Source of the DNA: a virus
Taxonomy: Duplodnaviria > Caudoviricetes
Length of the DNA: 54,248 nucleotides
IMG/VR virus record: IMGVR_UViG_3300042695_000876
Coordinates: 1-54,248 of that record
Direction: 5' to 3' (one strand)
Shown here: positions 8,693 through 18,596 of the stretch, one piece after another
How the letters are laid out: each line of letters opens with the position of its first letter
Position numbering within the stretch: the first letter of the stretch is position 1
Notes under the pieces: model-generated
The model's input: only the letters and a program-made list of their open reading frames with translations
Databases searched by the model: none
What the model was told of the DNA's origin: nothing
Program-made: the position numbers and the translations under genes

Positions 8693-9067
8693 ATGAAGTT
8701 GACAGAATCAACCTTTCTGTTATTTGCGTCTAAACATTATGATAATCCTCAGTGTTCGGACATAACAGAATTTGAGGAAGACTTGAAGAGATTTCAATAT
8801 CTCAGAAAGTTGTTTGGAAGATATAGACAAGACAATGATTTAAAGGAAAGGTTGATTCTGAATCACCTCATTATTATATACAATGTTTTTGGGCCGACTG
8901 CTACAAACATGCTTTTTATGAGACTGCAAGAATATCACGAGTATCTCAGACCGTTTGTAGAATATTTAAATTTTATGCCGAATATTATCAAGTATGAAGA
9001 TATAGTATTACATAAAGATAATATTGCTTCTGATGAGGCGATAATAGAAAAACTTAAAGGAATATGA
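8693..9067 (+). CDS. Conserved T4-like phage protein of unknown function
   Basis: KHYDNPQC..EF.EDLKRFQY...ERLILNHLIIIYNVFG pattern recalled from T4-like phages. Confidence 0.7.
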   Translation: MKLTESTFLLFASKHYDNPQCSDITEFEEDLKRFQYLRKLFGRYRQDNDLKERLILNHLIIIYNVFGPTATNMLFMRLQEYHEYLRPFVEYLNFMPNIIKYEDIVLHKDNIASDEAIIEKLKGI

Positions 9068-9071
9068 TCTT

Positions 9072-9647
9072 ATGATCGTCGATCTATTTTTAGTCTACCA
9101 ATTTGTACGCAGACTTGCAACTCCATTTAACAAATGGAAAGCGTATGAACTTGGCATCATTGACGAAAAAGGTGCTGTTCTTATTAAGAGAAAAGATTTT
9201 ACTCGAGCTGAACAAAGAAATGCTTGGGGTGTCTTTGATATTATGATCGCAAATCTCAAGAAACTTTTAGCAAAGATTCCAGGCGGTAGCACTAGATTGG
9301 CTTCGTATGCTGCTGCGCTGTATTTAATTCGTGAATGGAATCATTTCTCAAAGGATTCTTTACTTACTGAAGATATTACTGAGGAACATATTAATGAGTC
9401 TTTATTATTATTTAATGACCGATATGTCAATTATATCCAGCTTGCAGAAAATGTCAACAAAAAAGTGAATACAAAACCAGAATTAGATGAAGAACCTGCA
9501 AATAATGTAGGTGGTGGTAATATTGCTGGGTTGGGTGTTGGCCCACAAGGAGAGCCCGGTATGTCAAGATCTGCTCAAAAGAAGTGGACTTCACAGAATA
9601 AATCAAAAAAGAAAAAATTAAGAGACATAATGGGAGATAAAATATGA
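9072..9647 (+). CDS. Conserved T4-like phage protein
   Basis: LATPF.KWKAYELGIIDEKG N-terminus; LDEEPANNVGGGNIAG C-terminal module. Confidence 0.65.
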   Translation: MIVDLFLVYQFVRRLATPFNKWKAYELGIIDEKGAVLIKRKDFTRAEQRNAWGVFDIMIANLKKLLAKIPGGSTRLASYAAALYLIREWNHFSKDSLLTEDITEEHINESLLLFNDRYVNYIQLAENVNKKVNTKPELDEEPANNVGGGNIAGLGVGPQGEPGMSRSAQKKWTSQNKSKKKKLRDIMGDKI

Positions 9648-10504
9648 TTACCCTAGACCAATTTAGTGCTATGATTTCAAAGAACAAAGACCCAAAGTCA
9701 TGGTATGATGCCGCGGTTCCTATGTTTGAAAAATATGGAATCAATACACCACTCCGTATTGCCGGCTTTATGGCTCAGTGCGCGCACGAATCAGCAGACT
9801 TTACAATGCTTGAAGAGAATCTCAACTACCGTGAAGAGACTCTTCTTAAGGTTTTCCCTCGCTACTTCGGTGCTGGCAAGCGTAATGCTGCTGAGTATGC
9901 AAAGAACCCAGAGAAGATCGCAAACTATGTTTACATGGATGAATTCCGTAGTTCAAAGATGGGCAACACAAAGCCAGGAGATGGCTGGAGATTCCGTGGT
10001 CGTGGTATCAAACAACTTACAGGCCGTGATAACTATACCAACTTCGGTAAGAGCATTGGCATGTCAGCTGAGGAAGCAGCAGAATATGTAGCAACACCAA
10101 AAGGCGCACTAGAATCTGCATGCTGGTTCTGGGCAACTAACAAGCTTGAAAAGTGGGCTGACGCAGACGACAATGTAGGATTGACAAAAAAGATTAACGG
10201 TGGTACAATCGGTCTTGACGATCGTAATAAGCGTTATGAAGCTGCAAAGGCTATACTTGGTGGTAAATCAATTCCAAAAGCAGCTGCTCCAGCACCATCA
10301 GCTAAAACAGAATCAGCTGTAAGAACACTTAAGCAAGGTTCAAAGGGCGACGATGTTGCTAAGTTGCAAAAAGCTCTTGGTATCGCAGCAGATGGAGATT
10401 TTGGTTTTGGTACTCAAACCGCTCTTAAGAAATGGCAGAAGCTTAATGGATTAGTAGCCGATGGCGTAGCTGGTCCTGCAACACAAGCTAAATTGTTCGG
10501 GTAA
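9644..10504 (+). CDS. Endolysin: GH19 (chitinase-like) catalytic domain plus C-terminal peptidoglycan-binding domain
   Basis: FMAQCAHES, EENLNY, FRGRGIKQLTGRDNY, TKKINGG; Ala/Pro linker; LKQGSKGDDV..LQ...DG.FG..T...WQ...GL.ADG.AGPAT. Confidence 0.92.
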   Translation: MITLDQFSAMISKNKDPKSWYDAAVPMFEKYGINTPLRIAGFMAQCAHESADFTMLEENLNYREETLLKVFPRYFGAGKRNAAEYAKNPEKIANYVYMDEFRSSKMGNTKPGDGWRFRGRGIKQLTGRDNYTNFGKSIGMSAEEAAEYVATPKGALESACWFWATNKLEKWADADDNVGLTKKINGGTIGLDDRNKRYEAAKAILGGKSIPKAAAPAPSAKTESAVRTLKQGSKGDDVAKLQKALGIAADGDFGFGTQTALKKWQKLNGLVADGVAGPATQAKLFG

Positions 10505-10509
10505 TAGCC

Positions 10510-10776
10510 ATGTCAGAAGATAACATGAACACAACAGACAACAGTCTAAGAGATGTGCACGAAGAGTTAGTTAGACGCGGTGATAAATTAGCAATCCATT
10601 TTACATATTGGTTTGCTTGGTTCTGGGCAGTAGTAAGTGTAGTATACTTCTTTTTCGTTACATTTTTCCCATTGCCGCCAGATGGTGTAAATTTTGCTAA
10701 TATTATATTAGGATTTTTACTAGGAACCGCTGTATCAACTATTATTAACTTTTTCTTTGGCGCTAGCGAGAAGTAA
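10510..10776 (+). CDS. Putative holin (two TM helices)
   Basis: Two hydrophobic segments, IINFFFGAS C-terminus, directly after the endolysin. Confidence 0.55.
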   Translation: MSEDNMNTTDNSLRDVHEELVRRGDKLAIHFTYWFAWFWAVVSVVYFFFVTFFPLPPDGVNFANIILGFLLGTAVSTIINFFFGASEK

Positions 10777-10802
10777 GATCATCAGAGATAAGTTGTTTGA
10801 TT

Positions 10803-10810
10803 AATAAATA
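10803..10810 (+). promoter_or_regulatory. Late promoter variant
   Basis: AATAAATA upstream of the AAGGAG RBS of 10841. Confidence 0.5.
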
Positions 10811-10840
10811 AAGAATTATAAACATATAAAGGAGATAGAA

Positions 10841-11059
10841 ATGTCTTTAGAAAAAATCGTTCAGGAAGCTCTAGAAGGGCGTCCACTAGAAATGAAGGAA
10901 GCTTTTGAAGAAGCAATCCAAGCTCGTGTTCTTGCCGCTCTTGAAGAAAAATACAAGAAAATGGCCATGAAAGAAGAAGACGATGAAGAAGATGACGAAG
11001 ATGAGGATGAAGAAGATGATGAAGACGAAGACGAAGATGAGGATGAAGACGAAAAGTAA
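10841..11059 (+). CDS. Prohead core protein, gp67-like
   Basis: 72 aa; helical EAFEEAIQARVLAALEE segment and a 27-residue D/E tail, the architecture of T4 gp67. Confidence 0.65.
   Translation: MSLEKIVQEALEGRPLEMKEAFEEAIQARVLAALEEKYKKMAMKEEDDEEDDEDEDEEDDEDEDEDEDEDEK
10973..11053 (+). repeat. Low-complexity GAN codon run encoding poly-Asp/Glu
   Basis: 27 consecutive GAA/GAC/GAT/GAG codons. Confidence 0.9.
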
Positions 11060-11088
11060 TCTTCTCTTTGAAATTATAGGTATTTAAT

Positions 11089-11613
11089 ATGCCAACTTTT
11101 GTATATTTTGGAATGATTCTCATGGTGGTGGCCGGGAGCGGAGCTCTTTACGTTAAGAACACCCGAGCCACCATCATGGAACTTACATCCTACAATGCTA
11201 CATTGACTGCACAGGTTGATCAAATGGATCAAATTAATAAGCGTAATGTAGAAACAATCAATAATCTTCAAGCAGACTATAAAAGATCTCAAGAGAATAT
11301 GGCTGCTCTTCAAGAAAATTTTGCTAATATCCGCAGACAAAACAATGATCTAAGAGACAGACTTGGAAAGCATGAACTTGATGTTCTTGCTGCAGCGAAG
11401 CCTGTTTTAGTTGAAAGAATAGTGAACAACGCATCAGCTAAAGTTATGAGATGTTTCGAGCTTGAGTCTGGTGCACTTTTGACAGATGCAGAAAAGGAAG
11501 CAACAAATGCAAAAGCATTTAACAGTGAGTGTCCTTGGGTTTATGATGATCTTGTCGCTCGCGGCGTGCTCGTCCAAGCCGACAGTGCAACCACCACCGA
11601 GAATCGTAACTGA
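11089..11613 (+). CDS. Inner-membrane spanin (Rz-like)
   Basis: N-terminal TM helix, long coiled coil, overlaps a downstream lipoprotein gene. Confidence 0.75.
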   Translation: MPTFVYFGMILMVVAGSGALYVKNTRATIMELTSYNATLTAQVDQMDQINKRNVETINNLQADYKRSQENMAALQENFANIRRQNNDLRDRLGKHELDVLAAAKPVLVERIVNNASAKVMRCFELESGALLTDAEKEATNAKAFNSECPWVYDDLVARGVLVQADSATTTENRN

Positions 11614-11866
11614 AACTCAAATCGTTAAACCACCAAAACCTTCGGTTCCGAATCCTGACGAACTAAATCTTAGAGATTTCGAATTCGTTATTATCACACC
11701 AGATAATATCGAAGAAGTATTCTCTAAGATGAGAGGCGACAAGGCTTTATTTGCTCTCAACGCTAAAGATTACGAGAACATCGCTCTTAACTTAAGTGAT
11801 ATTAGATCCTTAATACAACAACAAAAAGCTATCATTGCTATCTATGAAAAGCAATGGGAAGACTGA
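11507..11866 (+). CDS. Outer-membrane spanin lipoprotein (Rz1-like)
   Basis: AAGGAAG RBS, ATG 11507, signal peptide with lipobox LAAC, Pro-rich stretch, overlapped +1 frame. Confidence 0.75.
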   Translation: MQKHLTVSVLGFMMILSLAACSSKPTVQPPPRIVTETQIVKPPKPSVPNPDELNLRDFEFVIITPDNIEEVFSKMRGDKALFALNAKDYENIALNLSDIRSLIQQQKAIIAIYEKQWED

Positions 11867-11870
11867 TTGA

Positions 11871-11878
11871 TATAAATA
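11871..11878 (+). promoter_or_regulatory. T4-type late promoter
   Basis: Exact TATAAATA, intergenic. Confidence 0.6.
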
Positions 11879-11897
11879 CAAAATGAAAAATGATTAG

Positions 11898-11946
11898 TTG
11901 ACAAATCATAGACCCCGTATATAATGACGACGGGGTCTTTTTATTT
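11898..11946 (+). promoter_or_regulatory. Sigma70-type promoter overlapping a terminator hairpin
   Basis: TTGACA 11898-N16-TATAAT 11920; AGACCCCGT/ACGGGGTCT stem 11910-11938 with T-tract; the -10 box lies in the loop. Confidence 0.65.
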
Positions 11947-11958
11947 AAAGAGGGTACT

Positions 11959-12453
11959 ATGTCAGACGACTTATCAGAATTAAAGACTGATATAGCTTTA
12001 ATCAAAAAAGATGTTAAGCAAATCGAAAGATTTTTTGCTAAATTCGATGCTGCACTCGAAACTATGTCCGAAGTATCTCAGAAGGTCGCTGTTCATGGCG
12101 AGATTCTCAAGAATACTGCATCAAAGATTGAAGACATCGAAGAAAGAATCGATGAGCATAGAATCGAAGATATTAAAAGAACAGAAAATATCAGTACGAG
12201 ATTAGAAGAGTACCGTAAGTCTTCAAAAGAAGATCACCAAAGACTTTCTGATCAAAATGCTCTTAATCGTAAAGAACGTAACGAAGAGATCATGAAAGAG
12301 CTTCATAAGATGAATGGCTCTTTAGATAAAAGACTTAACGATCTTGAACAAAGAGCAAGCTCGCTTGAAAACTGGAAATGGTACGTCATGGGTCTTGGAG
12401 TGGCTGCGATATTCATAGCTTCTGAAATTCAATGGGGCGCACTTTTTGGTTGA
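11959..12453 (+). CDS. Coiled-coil protein with C-terminal TM anchor
   Basis: Heptad-rich body and LENWKWYVMGLGVAAIFIAS tail. Confidence 0.6.
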   Translation: MSDDLSELKTDIALIKKDVKQIERFFAKFDAALETMSEVSQKVAVHGEILKNTASKIEDIEERIDEHRIEDIKRTENISTRLEEYRKSSKEDHQRLSDQNALNRKERNEEIMKELHKMNGSLDKRLNDLEQRASSLENWKWYVMGLGVAAIFIASEIQWGALFG

Positions 12454-12477
12454 CATTTTTTACAATCTGGTTATAAT
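12450..12477 (+). promoter_or_regulatory. Sigma70-type early promoter
   Basis: TTGACA-N16-TATAAT upstream of primase. Confidence 0.7.
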
Positions 12478-12508
12478 CTAACTAATCAGTAACTGGAATT
12501 TTTATATT

Positions 12509-13522
12509 ATGGTAGAGTTCGTTGATATTCAGTTTGCCCAGATGCTTTCTGGTCGCCTTGAACATTTCAAAATAAAACATACAAATCCCTACAAGATCAA
12601 TTTTAGATGTCCACTTTGCGGTGACTCTCAAAAGTCTCGTAACAAAGCCCGCGGTTGGCTTCTAGAACGTGACAACAAGTTTTCATACTACTGCCATAAC
12701 TGTGGAGCGAGTCACAGTTTCAATAGCTTTTTGAAAACTGTAGATCCTCTCCTTTATAATGATTACATAACAGAAAAGTTTGTTGCTAACACTACTGTAG
12801 CGACTGCTGAAAAACCAGAACAATTCAAGACACAAACTCCTCAGTTTACTTCTAATCCTTTGAAAAAACTGAAGAAGGTAAGTCAGCTGCAACCAGATCA
12901 TCCGATCAAAAAATATGTTGCAAAGAGAAAAATCCCGACTCAACATCATTATCGTTTGTATTTTGCTCCAAAGTTTAAAGCTTGGATCAACGAGATCATA
13001 CCCAATAAATTTGATCCAGCTAAGATTGGTAAAGATGAACCTAGACTCGTAATTCCTTTCCTTGATGAGAAGGGAAATGTGTTTGGCGTATCAGCACGTG
13101 GTTTTGATCCAGACGGTATTAGATATATAAGTATTATGTTCGAGGAAAGACCTAAGATCTTTGGCCTCGACAAAGTTAATTTTAATGAACCGTATTATAT
13201 TGTAGAAGGAGCTATCGATAGTATGTTCCTCGACAACGCAGTTGCTATGGCTGGTGCTGAAGGCAATACTCATGGTGTTCAAAAACCTGAGAACTCGATA
13301 TTTGTATTTGATGCAGAACCACGCAATAAAGAAATTCATAAGAGAATGGAACGAGTGATTAAATCAGGTCATAAAATTTGTATATGGCCTTCTGATGTTC
13401 CTGGTAAAGACATCAATGAAATGTATCTAAACGGTCTCCACGATGTAGAAAAAATTATCGAAAATAATACCTATTATGGTTTACAAGCAGAATTGAAATT
13501 TGCCGCCTGGCGAAAAGTTTAA
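12509..13522 (+). CDS. 61: DNA primase (T4 gp61 family)
   Basis: NFRCPLCGDS..KARG, YCHNCG zinc ribbon; RLVIPF; VEGAIDSMF, FDAEPRN, KDINEM Toprim motifs. Confidence 0.95.
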   Translation: MVEFVDIQFAQMLSGRLEHFKIKHTNPYKINFRCPLCGDSQKSRNKARGWLLERDNKFSYYCHNCGASHSFNSFLKTVDPLLYNDYITEKFVANTTVATAEKPEQFKTQTPQFTSNPLKKLKKVSQLQPDHPIKKYVAKRKIPTQHHYRLYFAPKFKAWINEIIPNKFDPAKIGKDEPRLVIPFLDEKGNVFGVSARGFDPDGIRYISIMFEERPKIFGLDKVNFNEPYYIVEGAIDSMFLDNAVAMAGAEGNTHGVQKPENSIFVFDAEPRNKEIHKRMERVIKSGHKICIWPSDVPGKDINEMYLNGLHDVEKIIENNTYYGLQAELKFAAWRKV

Positions 13523-13532
13523 GGAGAAAAGT

Positions 13533-14222
13533 ATGAAAGTAAAGTTGTTTGGTTATACACAACCGGCTGAAGATATTCAGGAAGAACTTGGGATTAAAGA
13601 TGTTCAAGATCTGATTGCTTATTGTGCTAAGGTTTCAAATCCACAACTTCAACACGATCTATCAAAAGCAGATCGTTTGATTAATTATTTAGTTACACAC
13701 AAGCATTGGTCTCCTTTTGAAATGGCATCTGCAACTCTTGAGATTGAAACAACTCGAGATATTGCTCGTCAGATGCTTCGTCACCGTTCGTTTGCTTTCC
13801 AAGAATTTTCTCAGCGTTATGCTAATCCACAAGATATGGAAACATCTTTCGTTATTCGTGAAGCTCGATTGCAAGATAAAAAGAACCGTCAAAACTCTGT
13901 TGAACTGAATCTTGATAGACCTTTTGATAGAGATCTAGATCGTGAGTGGCGTTTACAACAAGAGAATGTTATCAAAGCAGCTAAAGAAGCATACGATTGG
14001 GCTATTGCACATGATATCGCAAAAGAGCAAGCTCGTTCTGTTCTACCTGAAGGTAACACTGTAAGTCGTCTTTACATGCAAGGTACTATTCGTTCTTGGA
14101 TCCACTTTATTGAATTGCGTTCTGGTAACGGTACACAAAAAGAACATATGGAAGTCGCTCGTGCAATCGCAGCGGCTATTTCTAAGATTTTTCCAATGAT
14201 AAAAGATTTTGTTCAGGAATAA
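13533..14222 (+). CDS. thyX: Flavin-dependent thymidylate synthase
   Basis: HWSPFE, RHRSFAFQEFSQRY ThyX motif, EQARSVLP; AAGGAG RBS. Confidence 0.95.
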   Translation: MKVKLFGYTQPAEDIQEELGIKDVQDLIAYCAKVSNPQLQHDLSKADRLINYLVTHKHWSPFEMASATLEIETTRDIARQMLRHRSFAFQEFSQRYANPQDMETSFVIREARLQDKKNRQNSVELNLDRPFDRDLDREWRLQQENVIKAAKEAYDWAIAHDIAKEQARSVLPEGNTVSRLYMQGTIRSWIHFIELRSGNGTQKEHMEVARAIAAAISKIFPMIKDFVQE

Positions 14223-14279
14223 ATTTTTTGTAACAATCATAAAAACAAATGCAGCAACAGATAAATATTACTACAATAC

Positions 14280-14326
14280 ATAATACATGTAGCTAATTAA
14301 TTCAAAAAACATACTATATATGCCTT
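14280..14326. promoter_or_regulatory. Possible tandem NrdR boxes
   Basis: ataaTACATGTAGcta (14280) and ataCTATATATgcctt (14311) each resemble acaCwAtATaTwGtg, start 31 bp apart and lie directly upstream of nrdB. Confidence 0.35.
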
Positions 14327-14382
14327 CTAGTCTTAGAAGGTCTTGTATTCTTTATTTTAACAGTTTAACCAAAGAGGGGCCC

Positions 14383-15663
14383 ATGATGCTTCAGTCTACT
14401 CCACCTGAGCTTATAAGGAAAGTACAATACGTACTTAAGAGAGATAATAGTACAGAAACTTACAATGAAAATAAGATTAGCACTGCTGTTTCAAAAGCTA
14501 TGAAATCTATTGGAATGAAAAGCAAACTACTCCCAGGTGAAGTTGCACTAGAAGTTACAGACATTCTCAACAGAGGACAGACCGATGTTCAAGTAAGTGT
14601 TGATGCTATTCATAGAATAGTTGAAAACGTAATGATGGACATGGGTCTTCACGATCTTGCACGTGAATACATCCTTTATCGTTACAATAATATGCCAAAT
14701 ATCTTCCGTAAAAGAACTAATCTTAAACCCTACGAATATCCTCAGCTTGTAGAATTTACCGATGCTATTCGCCACTCCTATTGGGTACATACTGAGTTTA
14801 ATTACTCTTCTGATATTCAGGATATGAAAGTCAAAATGACTCCCGAAGAAGTAGAAATTGTCAAAAAAGCAATGCTTGCTATTTCTCAAATTGAAGTTGC
14901 TGTTAAAACATTTTGGGCTAAAATTGGTGATAGATTTCCAAAGCCGGAAATTGCAGCTGTCGGTATTACTTTCGGTGAATCAGAAGTTCGTCACGCTGAC
15001 GCTTATTCAAACCTTATTGAGATCATGGGCCTTAATGACGAGTTTGAAAAAGTAGTTGAAGTACCAGCCATGAAAAAGCGTATTGCTTATCTTGAGCAAT
15101 CTATTGGTTCTCCTTCTGATGATAAAGATTATTTCCACAAAATTATTCTCTTCTCTATGTTCGTAGAAAACGTTTCGTTGTTCTCTCAATTCTTGATTAT
15201 GATGGCATTCAATAAGCATAAGAACCTGCTTAAAGGTATTTCAAACGCCGTTGAAGCTACTTCTAAAGAAGAAGATATTCATGCTCGTTTTGGTTTTGAA
15301 CTCGTGAATATTATCAGAGCAGAGAATCCAGAATGGTTTGATAAAGATAGTATTAATGAAGTAAACAGACTATGCCGTGAAGCGTTTAAGGCTGAGTCTG
15401 CTATTGTAGATTGGATTTATGGGGATGCTGACCTAGACTTTCTACCAAAAGATACAGTAAAAGAATTTCTTAAGCACCGTTTCAATCAGTCGCTTCAGGC
15501 AATTGATATGAAACCTCTTTACGATGTTGATAAAGAAGTTATTAAAACAACCGACTGGTTTGTTGAAGAAATTCTGAGTACTAAAAATGTTGACTTCTTT
15601 GTTAAGCGCAGCACTGCGTATTCTAAGAAGACAAAAGCATTCACCGAAGACGATCTATTTTAA
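14383..15663 (+). CDS. nrdB: Ribonucleotide reductase beta subunit with N-terminal ATP-cone (class Id/NrdBi-type)
   Basis: ATP-cone VLKRD...KI..AV.KA...EYILYR; ligands QIEVAVK, ESEVRHADAY, VENVSLF, EEDIH; DFFVKRSTAY tail. Confidence 0.92.
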   Translation: MMLQSTPPELIRKVQYVLKRDNSTETYNENKISTAVSKAMKSIGMKSKLLPGEVALEVTDILNRGQTDVQVSVDAIHRIVENVMMDMGLHDLAREYILYRYNNMPNIFRKRTNLKPYEYPQLVEFTDAIRHSYWVHTEFNYSSDIQDMKVKMTPEEVEIVKKAMLAISQIEVAVKTFWAKIGDRFPKPEIAAVGITFGESEVRHADAYSNLIEIMGLNDEFEKVVEVPAMKKRIAYLEQSIGSPSDDKDYFHKIILFSMFVENVSLFSQFLIMMAFNKHKNLLKGISNAVEATSKEEDIHARFGFELVNIIRAENPEWFDKDSINEVNRLCREAFKAESAIVDWIYGDADLDFLPKDTVKEFLKHRFNQSLQAIDMKPLYDVDKEVIKTTDWFVEEILSTKNVDFFVKRSTAYSKKTKAFTEDDLF

Positions 15664-15674
15664 AAGAGGGACAT

Positions 15675-17363
15675 ATGGAAAAATTTTATTGGCTAAACTC
15701 TGACTCGAGAACTTTTTTGTCTCGTGGATATTTAAGTGGAGGTGAGACACCGGAAAGTCGTATTCGTGATATAGCAGATCAGGCTGAAAAATATCTTAAA
15801 GAAATGGCAACAACAGAAGAAGCAAAGAAGAGCTTCGACGGTTATGCTGATAAGTTTTTTGATTATATGTCTCGTGGTTTCTATTCATTAGCATCTCCTG
15901 TTTGGGCTAACTATGGCAAGAAGCGTGGGCTTCCTGTTTCTTGCTTTGGTTCTTATATTGATGATAGTATGCAAGCTATTCTTTTTAGTCATGCTGAAAA
16001 CGGTATGCTTATGAAGAATGGTGGTGGAACTTCTGGTTACTTCGGCGCAGTTCGCCACCGCGGCGCACCTATTACAGATCAAGGTGAGTCTTCTGGTTCT
16101 GTACATTTTATGCAGATGTATGATACACTTGCGTCTGTTGTTTCACAAGGTTCAGTTCGTCGTGGTTTCTTTGCTGCATATCAAGACATTGAACACCCCG
16201 ATGCAGATGAATTCTTAGATATTGGCACAGAAGGTAATCCTATTCAAGGTCTTACAACTGGTATTTCCGTTTCAAATAAGTTCATTGACGAGATGAGAAA
16301 TGGTGATGCAGAAAAGCGTCGTCTATGGGCAAAAGTTCTTCAGCGTAGATCTGAAGTTGGTTTCCCTTATATTCTTTACTCAGATAACGTAAACGATGGT
16401 CGTCCTCAGGTTTACAAAGATAAGAATCGTCGTGTGCATGCTTCTAATATGTGTGCAGAAATTGCTCTTCCTTCTTCACACGAAGAAACATTTACTTGTG
16501 TTCTTTCTTCTATTAATGTGTTACTATGGGATGAGCTTAAAGAAACAGATGCTATCGAGGTTATGACTTACTTCCTTGATACTGTTTGTGAAGAATTCAT
16601 TCGTAAAACTGAAGGTCAAATCTATCTTAAGCGTGCTCGTGATTTTGCTATGAACCATCGCGCTCTTGGTGCTGGTATTCTTGGTTGGCATTCTTATCTT
16701 CAGTCTAATATGATCGCCTTCGAGTCTAAAGAAGCAGCTCAAAAGAATCTTGATATCGCCAAGACTCTTCGTGAAAGATCACATGCTGCTTCTCGTGATA
16801 TGGCTGTAAAGTTTGGTGAACCAGAAATCCTTAAGGGTTATGGTATGCGTAACACCACTACTATGGCTATTGCTCCAACTAAATCCTCGAGCTTTATTCT
16901 TGGACAAGTAAGTCAATCTATTGAGCCAGAGTTCTCAAACTGCTATGTTAAAGATCTCGCGAAGATGAAGGTTACTATTAAGAACCCGTATCTTGAAAAA
17001 CTTCTTCAGGAAAAAGGTGAAGACAAAGACGAAGTCTGGGAATCAATCCGTAATGCTGATGGTTCTGTTCAACATCTTAATATCCTAACAGAAGAAGAAA
17101 AAGCAGTGTTTAAAACTTTCTCTGAAATTAATCCATACACAATCATTGATCATGCAGCAGTTCGTCAGCAATACATTGACCAATCGCAAAGTCTTAATCT
17201 CATGCTTGATCCAGACATGTCAGTGAAAGAAATCAATCAACTATATCTGTATGCGTGGGAAATGGGTGTTAAGAGTCTTTATTATAGCTACTCAATGTCT
17301 GCAGCTCAATCACTCACTCGTAAGAGAGTAATGTCGTCAGAGTGCGCGGCTTGTGAAGCTTAA
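15675..17363 (+). CDS. nrdA: Ribonucleotide reductase alpha subunit (short, no ATP-cone)
   Basis: PVSCF, GGGTS, SNMCAEI catalytic loop, TCVLSS, AIAPT, DQSQS, KSLYY, C-terminal CAACE. Confidence 0.95.
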   Translation: MEKFYWLNSDSRTFLSRGYLSGGETPESRIRDIADQAEKYLKEMATTEEAKKSFDGYADKFFDYMSRGFYSLASPVWANYGKKRGLPVSCFGSYIDDSMQAILFSHAENGMLMKNGGGTSGYFGAVRHRGAPITDQGESSGSVHFMQMYDTLASVVSQGSVRRGFFAAYQDIEHPDADEFLDIGTEGNPIQGLTTGISVSNKFIDEMRNGDAEKRRLWAKVLQRRSEVGFPYILYSDNVNDGRPQVYKDKNRRVHASNMCAEIALPSSHEETFTCVLSSINVLLWDELKETDAIEVMTYFLDTVCEEFIRKTEGQIYLKRARDFAMNHRALGAGILGWHSYLQSNMIAFESKEAAQKNLDIAKTLRERSHAASRDMAVKFGEPEILKGYGMRNTTTMAIAPTKSSSFILGQVSQSIEPEFSNCYVKDLAKMKVTIKNPYLEKLLQEKGEDKDEVWESIRNADGSVQHLNILTEEEKAVFKTFSEINPYTIIDHAAVRQQYIDQSQSLNLMLDPDMSVKEINQLYLYAWEMGVKSLYYSYSMSAAQSLTRKRVMSSECAACEA

Positions 17364-17364
17364 A

Positions 17365-18558
17365 ATGAATTATTTGAATTACTTCGAGAAGATCGTTGAT
17401 AACTATAAAGAAGACGGCAGATATAGAGTATTCAATGATATACTAAGAGAGCGAGGATCATTTCCTCGCTCTATATGGTACGGTAAATATGCTCCAAAAA
17501 ATATTGTAAATTGGTGCTCAAATGATTATCTAGGTATGGGTCAGAATCGATATGTTATTGATGCTATGCACACAGCTTTAGATCAAACCGGTTCTGGTTC
17601 TGGAGGTACTCGTAACATAGGTGGTACTTCTCACTACCATGTTACACTCGAAAAAGAATTAGCTTTACTTCATAAGAAAGAGTCTGCTCTTTTGTTCACG
17701 AGCGCATACGTGGCAAATGAGTGGGCTCTTATTGCTTTGAGTAGAATTATTCCAGATATTTGTTTCATATCAGATAGTAAGAACCATGCATCTATGATTA
17801 TTGGAATAAATCATAGTCGTGCAAGTAAGATTGTATTCGAGCATAACAATATGAAAGATCTTGAAGATGCATTGATCGCAGCAACAGCAGCTGGAAAGAT
17901 TCCTTGCATTGTTTTCGAGTCTGTATATAGTATGGATGGAGATGTTTCTCCTGTTAAAGACATCTGTGATTTAGCAGATAAATATAACGCGATTACCTAT
18001 ATTGACGAAGTTCATGCGGTTGGTCTTTATGGTGACACTGGTGCAGGTTACTGCGAAAAGCTCGGTGTTTCTGATAGAATTGATATTATTAATGGAACGT
18101 TAGGAAAAGCATATGGTGTACAAGGTGGTTATGTTGTTGGGCTTTCTGTGGTTCTCGATGCCATTCGTTCTGTTGCCAGTGGCTTTATTTTTACGACATC
18201 AACAGCCCCAGCAATATGTGCAGGAGCCCTTGCCTCAATCAAATATCTCAGAGACCACTCTTCTTTACGTGAACAACACCAAGAAAGAGCCAGAAAACTG
18301 AAGAGAATGTTGACTGAAGCAGACATACCAGTACATCCAAATTCCTGCACTCACATCATTCCAGTCATGGTAAACGATGCTTTTAAATGTAAAGCAGCAA
18401 GCGATAGACTACTTAATGAGTTTGGAATTTATATTCAACCAATTAATTCTCCAACAGTTGATGTTGGCACTGAAAGATTAAGAATTGCGCCTACACCATA
18501 TCATGACGATATTATGATGACTGAACTGGTTGAGGCCTTAAGAAAGGTATTGAAATGA
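17365..18558 (+). CDS. hemA: 5-aminolevulinate synthase (Shemin/C4 pathway)
   Basis: [50 protein letters not shown] (PLP lysine), [17 protein letters not shown]. Confidence 0.93.
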   Translation: MNYLNYFEKIVDNYKEDGRYRVFNDILRERGSFPRSIWYGKYAPKNIVNWCSNDYLGMGQNRYVIDAMHTALDQTGSGSGGTRNIGGTSHYHVTLEKELALLHKKESALLFTSAYVANEWALIALSRIIPDICFISDSKNHASMIIGINHSRASKIVFEHNNMKDLEDALIAATAAGKIPCIVFESVYSMDGDVSPVKDICDLADKYNAITYIDEVHAVGLYGDTGAGYCEKLGVSDRIDIINGTLGKAYGVQGGYVVGLSVVLDAIRSVASGFIFTTSTAPAICAGALASIKYLRDHSSLREQHQERARKLKRMLTEADIPVHPNSCTHIIPVMVNDAFKCKAASDRLLNEFGIYIQPINSPTVDVGTERLRIAPTPYHDDIMMTELVEALRKVLK

Positions 18559-18596
18559 ATCAATTAGAAAATGCTTTCTTTAGAAAGGAAACTAAA

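Noticed and set aside
14320-14382. Upstream extensions given by the ORF track (also 506, 7386, 13500, 31579, 46481, 47824)
   Set aside because: They run through promoters, terminators or upstream genes; downstream starts with an RBS or coupled stop are better supported.
13533-17363. Group I introns or inteins in thyX, nrdB or nrdA
   Set aside because: The ORFs are continuous and of expected length; the NrdB extension is an ATP-cone, with no intein splice motifs.
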